A program made the position numbers and the translations under genes. A model generated the notes under the pieces. The model had not been told where the DNA came from, ran no database searches, and saw only the letters and a program-made list of their open reading frames with translations. From an uncultured Caldilineales bacterium (GTDB lineage Bacteria > Chloroflexota > Anaerolineae > J102): DNA of 64,000 bases. The DNA lies in assembly GCA_964460135.1 (NCBI GenBank), contig CAYWPZ010000001.1:7469-71468 (forward strand), given 5' to 3'. Within the stretch, counting starts at the first letter, position 1. Every line of letters starts with the position of its first letter. Of this stretch, positions 57,080 through 64,000 are shown in pieces.

Positions 57080-58747
57080 GTGTTAGCAGCGCTGGCCCTG
57101 GCCCTGCTGCTCCTGTCCGGGCCGGGTGAAACGGCCGGGAGCATAGTTGCACCTGTGATTCCGGGCCAGGTGCTGGTGGCTGTCGCTCCGGCCGAGGTGA
57201 CGGCAGCGCCGTCTCTGGCCCTCAGAGCCTCGCCCATCGATGGCGTCTTTGTCGTCGCCGTCCCTTTGGGCCACGAGAGGGCCTGGGCCGAACGATTGGC
57301 CGGGCAGCCGGGTGTGCGCTGGGCCGAGCCGAACTATCGGGTGCAGGCGTTGGGCCAGCCAAATGACCCGCTCTGGCCGCAGCAGTGGTGGCAGGCCGCC
57401 ATCGCGACGGCGGTCGCCTGGCAGATTTCCCACGGCGACCCGGCGACGGTGGTGGCTGTGGCCGATACCGGCGTCGATCTCGACCACCCTGACCTCGGCC
57501 GGCTGTGGATCAACCCCGGCGAAATCGCCGCCAACGGCCTGGACGACGATGGCAACGGCAAAATCGATGACCTTCATGGCTGGCACTGGTTTGTGGCCGG
57601 GGATGGCTCGCTACATGAGGATGCCGACATCCAAATCCCGACCGAGAACGACCCCGTTCCCACCACCACCGCCTTTCATGGCATGCATGTGGCCGGGATC
57701 ATCAATGCCGCCGCCGACAATGGCCGCGGGGTGGCAGGCGTGGCCCGCGGCCCACAGATCATGCCGCTGCGTGTGTTGGATCAATTCGGCCTGGGCAGCA
57801 TGGCGCAGGTGGCTGCGGCCGTGCGCTATGCCGCCGACAACGGCGCCACGGTCATCAACCTCAGCCTGGGCGGGCCGGCGAATTCGCAAGTGTTGGCCGA
57901 GGCGGTGGCCGCAGCCACGGCAGCCGGGGTCAGCATCGTTGCCGCGACCGGAAACGCGGCCGGCCCGGTCTACTATCCTGCCGCCCTGCCCCAGGTCATT
58001 GCCGTGGGCGGCGTGGCCGCGGATGACAGCCTCTACACCCGCTCGAATCGCGGCCCAGAGGTCGATCTCGTCGCCCCGGCCGTAAACATCCTCAGCACCT
58101 GGGCCTCGTCCAAGCGGGGGGGCTATCACACCCTGACCGGGACCTCGATGGCCGCGCCCCAGGCAGCCGCGGCCCTGACCCTGCTGATGGGCCTGCGCCC
58201 GGCCGCCTCGACCGAACAACTGCGCCGGTGGCTCTATGAGACCGCGTTCGACCTGGGCCAGCCGGGACGCGATGAGCAGTTCGGCTGGGGTCGCTTGCGG
58301 CTGGATCAGGCCGTGAATGCGGCCGCTTTCGGGCTGGCGCTCTCGGTGCGCGCCAATGCACCCGCGGCAGCGCCCGGCGCGATGGTGGGGCTGCGGGCCG
58401 AGGTGCGGGACGAGGCCGGGGCATTGGTGGGCGGTGGAGTGCCGATCACCCTCACCTGGCCGGGCGAATCCCGGCTGGTTCTGAGCGATGGCGGCGTGGC
58501 GCAGGCCGAGGCGCGGCTGCCGTCCGAGCTGCAAGCCGGCGAGACCATCACCCTCACCGCCGCCTGGAACGGGCAGGTGGCTACGGCCGCCGTTCGCATC
58601 GACCCGCCCCCCACCCGGACCCCCACACCTTCGCCCGACCCCACGCCTACGCCCACCCCCGCGCCTGGTTTCCGGTTCTATTTGCCGCTGCTGTCAATCG
58701 GCGATCACGCCCCGGTTTTCACTTCTGGGCCGGCTGCGGACAGATGA
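57080..58747 (+). CDS. S8-family (subtilisin-like) secreted serine peptidase with C-terminal Pro/Thr-rich tail
   Basis: Catalytic Asp block (VAVADTGVD), His block (HGMHVAG) and Ser block (GTSMAAPQAAAA). GTG start with a signal-peptide-like N-terminus. Confidence 0.85.
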   Translation: MLAALALALLLLSGPGETAGSIVAPVIPGQVLVAVAPAEVTAAPSLALRASPIDGVFVVAVPLGHERAWAERLAGQPGVRWAEPNYRVQALGQPNDPLWPQQWWQAAIATAVAWQISHGDPATVVAVADTGVDLDHPDLGRLWINPGEIAANGLDDDGNGKIDDLHGWHWFVAGDGSLHEDADIQIPTENDPVPTTTAFHGMHVAGIINAAADNGRGVAGVARGPQIMPLRVLDQFGLGSMAQVAAAVRYAADNGATVINLSLGGPANSQVLAEAVAAATAAGVSIVAATGNAAGPVYYPAALPQVIAVGGVAADDSLYTRSNRGPEVDLVAPAVNILSTWASSKRGGYHTLTGTSMAAPQAAAALTLLMGLRPAASTEQLRRWLYETAFDLGQPGRDEQFGWGRLRLDQAVNAAAFGLALSVRANAPAAAPGAMVGLRAEVRDEAGALVGGGVPITLTWPGESRLVLSDGGVAQAEARLPSELQAGETITLTAAWNGQVATAAVRIDPPPTRTPTPSPDPTPTPTPAPGFRFYLPLLSIGDHAPVFTSGPAADR

Positions 58748-59191
58748 CGCCGCCGCCGCGCTCGCTCATGTGTACTTCGTAGATCTGGCCGCCCGCCTCT
58801 ACCACGGCCAGATAGCCGGGCGTTGGTACGGGGCGACGGCTGCTGCTCGGCCCACAGCCCAGGCTGGCATCTGGCCAGACGACGGCCTTGACGCCGCGCA
58901 CGCTGACTTCAGTCCGTGCGATTTTGAGGAAGCGAGCGGCGATGCGTTGGGCGGCGCTTTTCGCTCGTTGCAGCTCGGCTTCAGAGGTGGCCGGGGCCAC
59001 CGGCTGGCCGATGGTTTCGGGCTGAGGTTCGGCGGGGGTAGGATCGTCGCGCGGGGGGATGGCCGCGCCGACGGGCGAGGGGATGGCCGCCGGAGTTGGC
59101 AAGAGGGTGGGGGTCACAACCTCCACTGCCGCCGGGATGGGCTGGCAACCTGCCAGCACACCCAGAATCAGGGCAAGGGTCGCTAGTCGCA
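58719..59191 (-). CDS. Hypothetical lipoprotein (start uncertain, GTG at 59191 proposed)
   Basis: Signal peptide with lipobox (M)RLATLALILGVLAGC. Its 5' end overlaps the 3' end of the zinc-ribbon gene in another frame, and its 3' end overlaps the S8 peptidase gene by 29 nt. Confidence 0.4.
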
Positions 59192-59878
59192 CAGTAGCCG
59201 CCCACAGATGGGGCACGGGGTCAGGGCGTCGCCGTGGGCCTGCTGGCGAACGGCGGTGGGCAGGCTGGCGCCGCAGCCGCCGCAATTGCCGGCCTGCACC
59301 CTGGCCACGGCCAGCCCACTGTGTTTCTGGCGCAAATCCTCGTAGCGTCTGAGCTGGTCGGGGGACAGTTTGCCGGCGGTGGCCTCGCGCTGGCTCTTGG
59401 TCTGGCGGGCGTTGGCAATCAGCGCCGCCCGCTCGCTCTGGAGCTCCCTTTCTTGCTGTTGCCAGGCGGCCGCTTGCAAGCGCAGCGTCTCTTCCGCCCG
59501 TTGCAGATTGTTCTCGGCCTGCTCCAATTCGAGAATGGCCTCGAACGCCCCCTCTTCCATGCGCGCCAACTGTCGCTTGAGCATGTCTACATTCTGTTGC
59601 AGCGCCACCTGTTCCCGCGCATCCCTCCCCTTGCCGCCGTACAGCTGCTTCTCTTGCGCCTTGATGCGCGCTTGCTGATCGACCACGGCGCTTTCCCGCT
59701 GCCGGCGCTCCCGTCGCCAATGCTCGGCGTTGGTTACGGCCTGATCTCTTGCTGCTCGTCCTGCCCGCAATGCTTCTGGCTCCTGTAAGGCCGTCTGAAG
59801 CTCGGCATAGCGATGCCGGTCGGCGTCGAGGGTGGTGTCGATGGTCTGGAGGGCGGCTAACTGGTCGATCGGACGCAT
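59183..59878 (-). CDS. Coiled-coil protein with C-terminal C4 zinc ribbon (COG1579-like)
   Basis: Long heptad-rich region, then CGGCGASLP...CPICGRLL. ATG at 59878 behind AGGGAG. Confidence 0.7.
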   Translation of the reverse strand: MRPIDQLAALQTIDTTLDADRHRYAELQTALQEPEALRAGRAARDQAVTNAEHWRRERRQRESAVVDQQARIKAQEKQLYGGKGRDAREQVALQQNVDMLKRQLARMEEGAFEAILELEQAENNLQRAEETLRLQAAAWQQQERELQSERAALIANARQTKSQREATAGKLSPDQLRRYEDLRQKHSGLAVARVQAGNCGGCGASLPTAVRQQAHGDALTPCPICGRLLCD

Positions 59879-60058
59879 CCTGGCGCTCCCTGAGTCAGAT
59901 AAAAAGTCCCACGCGAAGACGATGAGCATTGTAGCATGGTCATCGTCGCCTGCCTAGCGGTCGGGGTCGTGCATCTCAGTGGGCTGAGAGTGCCCTTGGG
60001 GTTGAACATCCAGACGGCTCGAGAGTGTGATCACTCCCCTTCGCAAGCCAGATCACGT

Positions 60059-60087
60059 TTGACGCCACTATCACTGTATGCTATCAT
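60059..60087 (+). promoter_or_regulatory. Sigma70-like promoter upstream of the sugar ABC transporter operon
   Basis: TTGACG - 17 bp - TATCAT, about 70 nt upstream of the ATG at 60156. Confidence 0.5.
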
Positions 60088-60155
60088 CCCTGTTATCGTT
60101 CACGGAAAGGCAATCATTCCGGGAATGAGACCCGAAGCATCCGCAAGGAGTTGCC

Positions 60156-61658
60156 ATGAACGGAAACAACACCCGGTTTTCCCTGCGAGTCGAGCATGTC
60201 TCCAAGGCCTTCCCCGGCGTGCAGGCGTTGGCGAATGTCAGCCTGGAGGTGAACGGCGGGGAAGTGTTGGGGCTGGTAGGAGAGAACGGCGCCGGCAAAT
60301 CGACGCTGATCCAGATTCTGTCGGGCGCGCTCATACCCGATAACGGCAGGGTGCTGATCGACGGCAAGGAAATGACTTTCCGGCACCCGCGCGAGGCTGA
60401 GGCGGCAGGGGTCAGCCCGGTGTATCAGGAGCTGAGCCTGGTGAACAACCTGAGCGTGGCCGAGAATATCTTCGCCGGGCGACAACCCACCGGTGCGGCG
60501 GGGTTGATCGATGTGGGGGCCATGAATCAGGCGGCGCAGGAGCTGCTGTCGCAATTTCAGGTTGATTTCAGCCCCGCGACCAAAGTGAGCAATCTGTCCT
60601 TGGGTAATCAGCAACTGGTCGAGATCGTCAAGGCCATGTCCCGCAATGCCCATCTGCTCATCCTCGATGAGCCGACCTCGTCGCTTTCGTTGCAGGAGGC
60701 GGGGCTGTTGTTCGAGCGGCTGCGGCAGCTCAAGCAGCAGGGGCTGGCGATCATCTTCGTCTCGCACCACCTGGAAGAGGTGTTCGAGGTCTGCGATTGC
60801 ATCAGTGTGTTGCGCGATGGCAAGTATGTGGGCACGGTCAAGGCGGCAGAGTCGAGCGAGCACGAGATCGTGAGCATGATGGTGGGCCGCGATATCGGCG
60901 AGTTGCAGCGCCAGGACGAGACGGCGGGGGCAGTGGCGCTGGAAGTAGCCGGCCTGACCCGCAAGGGCGTATTCGAGGATGTCAGCTTTGCCGTGCATGC
61001 GGGCGAGGTGCTGACTTTCTTCGGGCTGGTGGGGGCGGGACGCAGCGAGGTGGCGCGGGCCATCGTGGGCATGGATGTCGCCACCGGCGGCGCAATCAGG
61101 GTCAAAGGCAGACAGACACGGCCCGCCCACCCTTCCGACGCCATCAACCTGGGGCTGGCCTATCTTTCGGAGGACCGCAAGCGCGAGGGGTTGTATCTGG
61201 ACAAGACGATCAAAGAAAACTTCCTGGTCACCAACCTGCGGCGGGTGTCGCCGGGCGGCTGGCTGAGGTGGCGGGCGCTGCACGAACTGGCTGCAAAGTA
61301 CGCTCGGCTGCTGGATGTGCGCACGCCCAGTCTCGATCAACGGCTGCGGAATCTGTCGGGCGGCAACCAGCAGAAGGTGATGCTGGGGATGTGGCTGGCT
61401 ACCGAGCCGGATGTGCTGATCGTGGACGAACCGACGCGCGGCATCGATGTGGGTACCAAGCAGGAGATTCACCGCCAATTGCGCCAATTGGCCGCCGCGG
61501 GCAAGGCAGTCATGGCGATTTCGTCCGATTTGCCTGAGACGCTGATCATCAGCGACCGCATCGCCGTCATGCGCAAGGGCCGGCTGGTGGGCATCATTCC
61601 CCAGGCCGAGGCCAGCGAAGAGCGGATCATGCAGATGGCGGCCGGTGTGGGGACGTGA
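60156..61658 (+). CDS. Sugar ABC transporter ATP-binding protein with duplicated ABC domains (CUT2; RbsA/MglA/XylG-like)
   Basis: Two Walker A sites (GENGAGKST; GLVGAGRSEV) and two signature motifs (LSLGNQQLVEI; LSGGNQQKV). RBS AAGGAG. Confidence 0.9.
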   Translation: MNGNNTRFSLRVEHVSKAFPGVQALANVSLEVNGGEVLGLVGENGAGKSTLIQILSGALIPDNGRVLIDGKEMTFRHPREAEAAGVSPVYQELSLVNNLSVAENIFAGRQPTGAAGLIDVGAMNQAAQELLSQFQVDFSPATKVSNLSLGNQQLVEIVKAMSRNAHLLILDEPTSSLSLQEAGLLFERLRQLKQQGLAIIFVSHHLEEVFEVCDCISVLRDGKYVGTVKAAESSEHEIVSMMVGRDIGELQRQDETAGAVALEVAGLTRKGVFEDVSFAVHAGEVLTFFGLVGAGRSEVARAIVGMDVATGGAIRVKGRQTRPAHPSDAINLGLAYLSEDRKREGLYLDKTIKENFLVTNLRRVSPGGWLRWRALHELAAKYARLLDVRTPSLDQRLRNLSGGNQQKVMLGMWLATEPDVLIVDEPTRGIDVGTKQEIHRQLRQLAAAGKAVMAISSDLPETLIISDRIAVMRKGRLVGIIPQAEASEERIMQMAAGVGT

Positions 61659-61715
61659 TGTCGGATGGAGTGAGGTTGTAGCGATTGATGATCTTGGTTG
61701 ATTGTGGACGGAATG

Positions 61716-61756
61716 ATCACGAATGGCACGAATGGACGAATGACACGAATTCTCGA
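61716..61756. repeat. CACGAATGG 8/9-mer tandem repeat x4 in the ATPase-permease intergenic region
   Basis: cacgaatgg cacgaatgg acgaatga cacgaattc. It shares a CGAATGAATTC-like core with the 18959-18997 element. Confidence 0.6.
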
Positions 61757-61820
61757 TACGCAATACAGAATAGACCCCTAAACGAACAATTCCCTTCCGA
61801 AAAAACACGGAGAGCAAAAC

Positions 61821-62807
61821 ATGACGACTTCAGAAACCACCATGCAGGTATCGACAAAACCATCGCTCGGTCGGCGCCTGGTCGAGCAGCGCGAGATCAG
61901 CATTTTTTTGGTCGTACTTTTCGGGGCGATCCTGCTGTCGTTGCTCTCGAAGAATTTTCTGAATCCGGCCAACCTCAGGACACTCGTGCTGGGGCTGTCG
62001 TTCGACGCCATCGTAGCTGTGGGCATGACGGTGCTGATGGTGTCGGGGGGCTTCGATCTCTCGGTCGGTTCGGTGCTGGCCTTGGCCGGCGCGGTGGCGG
62101 GCTATGGCATCGTGTTGCTCAAGCTGCCCGTGCCGGTGGGCATCGCCGCTGGTCTGCTCACGGGTGTGTTGGTAGGGCTGATCAACGGTCTACTCGTCTC
62201 CAAAGTGCGGGTGAACCCCCTCATCGCCACGCTGGGCATGATGCAGATCGCCCGTGGGGCGGTGTTCTTGCTGACGTCCGGCCTCGGCATCCCCAACTTG
62301 CCCGATTCGTTCAACCAGATGGCGCAGGGCAAGGCGCTGGGCTTCCAGTATCCGGTCTATTTCATGCTGGTCATTGTCATCGTCGGCGACCTGTTGCTGC
62401 GGCGCTCGCGTTTCTTCCGCCAGAGCTATTTCGTGGGCGGGAACGAGCGCAGCGCCCGGCTTTCGGGCATTCGCGTCGGCCAGGTTCAGATCAGCAACTA
62501 CATCATCACCGGCTTGATGGCGGCGGTGGCGGGCTTGCTGCTGACGGCGCGCATGGGCACAGCTTCGGTGTCGGCGGGCCTGGGCGTCGAGCTGCGGGTG
62601 GTGTCGGCGGTCGTCATCGGCGGGGCCAGCCTGGCCGGCGGCGAAGGCACGGTGCTCGGTTCCATCTTTGGCGTAGCCCTGATGGCTTTGATCAACAATG
62701 GTCTCAATCTGCTGGGCGTCAACCCGTATTGGCAAAACATCGTCATCGGCGCCGTGCTGGTGATCGCTGTCGCCGCCGATGCGCTCAGCCGTCGCAATCG
62801 GGCATGA
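61821..62807 (+). CDS. Sugar ABC transporter permease (RbsC/BPD_transp_2 family)
   Basis: About 9 TM helices and the conserved region ..TGLMAAVAGLLLTARMGTA... Confidence 0.88.
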   Translation: MTTSETTMQVSTKPSLGRRLVEQREISIFLVVLFGAILLSLLSKNFLNPANLRTLVLGLSFDAIVAVGMTVLMVSGGFDLSVGSVLALAGAVAGYGIVLLKLPVPVGIAAGLLTGVLVGLINGLLVSKVRVNPLIATLGMMQIARGAVFLLTSGLGIPNLPDSFNQMAQGKALGFQYPVYFMLVIVIVGDLLLRRSRFFRQSYFVGGNERSARLSGIRVGQVQISNYIITGLMAAVAGLLLTARMGTASVSAGLGVELRVVSAVVIGGASLAGGEGTVLGSIFGVALMALINNGLNLLGVNPYWQNIVIGAVLVIAVAADALSRRNRA

Positions 62808-62856
62808 AGTCGCAAGTGGCAGGTCGCAAGTGGCAGGTCGCAGGTGGCAGGTCGCA
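62808..62856. repeat. RGTSGCA heptamer x7 immediately after the permease stop
   Basis: AGTCGCA AGTGGCA GGTCGCA AGTGGCA GGTCGCA GGTGGCA GGTCGCA, followed by a CTTTTCGTT stretch and a distal complementary CCACCTGCCACCC at 62927. Confidence 0.7.
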
Positions 62857-62979
62857 AGCTTGTCCTTTTCGTTGCCCGCAAGTCAGGCTCTGAGTGAAAC
62901 GGAGGATCGCCGATCAAAAACAACTTTCCACCTGCCACCCTTTTCTCTCTCACCCGTTCCCTTGAAGGAGGAACAAAAA

Positions 62980-64000
62980 ATGTCAAAACGAACGCTTTTT
63001 TCGATGCTGTTGATCGGTCTGCTCGTGGTCGTGTTGGCCGCTTGCGCCGCCCAGCAGCCGGCCCCGGCCGAGCAACCAACCCAAGCCCCAGCCAAGGAAG
63101 CCACCCAGTCCCCGGCTGAAGACGCGACGGCCGCCCCAGCCGCCGAAGAACCATCCGGCGAAAAGCAAACTTACTACGAGGTCAACGCCCTGATCAACCT
63201 GCCGTACTTCATCGACCATCAGGTGGGCCTCTACTATGCCGGCAAGGTCTTCGATGTCAACGCGCCGCACGTTGGCCCGGTGGACTATGACATGACGGCC
63301 ATGGTCAACACCATGGAGCAGGCCATCGCCACCAATCCGCAGGGTATCAACATCGTCGGCTTCGACCCAGCCCTCAAGCCCTCGATCGACGCCGCTGTGG
63401 ATGCCGGCATCCCCGTCGTCACCCTCGACGCCGAGGTTTATGGCTCCAAGCGCCTGACCTTCTTGGGCACCGGCAACTACAACGCCGGTCGCGTGGGCGG
63501 CAAGCTGCTGGCCGAGGCCATCGGCGGCAAAGGTAAGGTGGCGCTGCTGACCAAAGTCGGACAGAGCAATCTGGAGGAGCGCATCCAGGGCTACAAGGAT
63601 GAATTCGCTGAGAACTACCCCGATATCGAATTGGTGCAGATCATCGATGACCAGTCCAATTCGGCCATTGCTGCTGACGGCCTCAAGGCGGTGCTGCAGC
63701 GCGAGCCGGACCTGGCGGGCGTGGGCTGCGTGGAAGCGGCGGGCGGAGTCGGCGCAGCTACGGCTGCTAACGAGCTGGGTTTGAAAGGCAAGCTGGTCAT
63801 CGTCTCGATGGATCGCGACGACGGCACCCTCCAATTCATCGAAGATGGCACCATCTACGCCTCGGTGGCGCAACAGAGCGCGCTGATGACCTTCGTCGGC
63901 ACCATGCTCATGCACGGCTTGCACAACAACCCCGTGCCCATCGTGGCCGACAACAAGACTGCCGGCGTCGTGCCCATGCCCGAAAGTGTGGACACCGGCG
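62980..64000 (+). CDS. Sugar ABC transporter substrate-binding lipoprotein (periplasmic binding protein type I, RbsB-like); 3'-partial
   Basis: ATG at 62980 behind GAAGGAGG. Lipobox LVVVVLAACA. PBP-like alternating beta/alpha pattern. The frame stays open to the window end. Not in the ORF track because no stop falls inside the window. Confidence 0.8.
   Translation, partial: MSKRTLFSMLLIGLLVVVLAACAAQQPAPAEQPTQAPAKEATQSPAEDATAAPAAEEPSGEKQTYYEVNALINLPYFIDHQVGLYYAGKVFDVNAPHVGPVDYDMTAMVNTMEQAIATNPQGINIVGFDPALKPSIDAAVDAGIPVVTLDAEVYGSKRLTFLGTGNYNAGRVGGKLLAEAIGGKGKVALLTKVGQSNLEERIQGYKDEFAENYPDIELVQIIDDQSNSAIAADGLKAVLQREPDLAGVGCVEAAGGVGAATAANELGLKGKLVIVSMDRDDGTLQFIEDGTIYASVAQQSALMTFVGTMLMHGLHNNPVPIVADNKTAGVVPMPESVDTG

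Noticed and set aside
62983-63924. 313-aa minus-strand ORF at the window end
   Set aside because: The plus strand here encodes a convincing substrate-binding lipoprotein starting at 62980 (RBS GAAGGAGG, lipobox), which runs off the window. The minus ORF is its antisense shadow.
1-64000. tRNA, rRNA and CRISPR arrays
   Set aside because: No cloverleaf-like GC-rich 75-nt candidates, rDNA-like conservation or regularly spaced 25-40-bp repeats were seen by eye. The short tandem repeats present have a 7-9 nt period and no spacers, so they are not CRISPR.

Overview
This is a GC-rich (~68%) bacterial chromosomal segment with dense, mostly well-conserved coding. The gene mix (archaeal-type phosphoglycerate mutase, a lone MsiK-like sugar ABC ATPase, many GT-C glycosyltransferases) is compatible with a Chloroflexota-like lineage, but that is inference only.

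Content, left to right:
- Positions 1-3400: a 5'-truncated propeller/Y_Y_Y sensor fused through a transmembrane helix to a STAND/AAA-type P-loop NTPase, followed by a paralogous soluble NTPase.
- Positions 3487-6824: an envelope-glycan block (DegT aminotransferase, GT2, GT4).
- Positions 8567-12551: the replication-origin neighbourhood. dnaN lies inverted and divergent from dnaA, three 21-bp-phased DnaA boxes sit downstream of dnaA, and rex follows.
- Positions 13650-18906: a MacAB-like efflux operon.
- Positions 24220-27801: the glycolytic operon gap-pgk-(small ORF)-tpiA, with apgM nearby.
- Positions 28002-32774: a PBP1C-like penicillin-binding protein, an SGNH hydrolase, XdhC and an MBL hydrolase.
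- Positions 33004-40783: three paralogous GT-C membrane glycosyltransferases plus a membrane SGNH hydrolase.
- Positions 41062-51793: alaX, prfA-prmC, a Cof-type HAD, an SMR pump and a YdiJ-like 964-aa FAD/Fe-S oxidoreductase.
- Positions 52382-55521: a clearly lower-GC (~53%) island next to a decayed ABC transporter remnant. It carries an unknown 332-aa protein (candidate restriction endonuclease), an SPPF-type beta-class DNA methyltransferase that is frameshifted in a C6 tract, and a higBA toxin-antitoxin cassette bracketed by 50-bp direct repeats.
- Positions 55622-64000: rtcB, an S8 peptidase, a zinc-ribbon protein and a sugar ABC transporter whose substrate-binding protein runs off the window edge.

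A pervasive feature is arrays of heptanucleotide short tandem repeats filling many 5'UTRs and stop-to-start spacers, sometimes in phase with the start codon.

No rRNA, tRNA or CRISPR array was recognised by eye.
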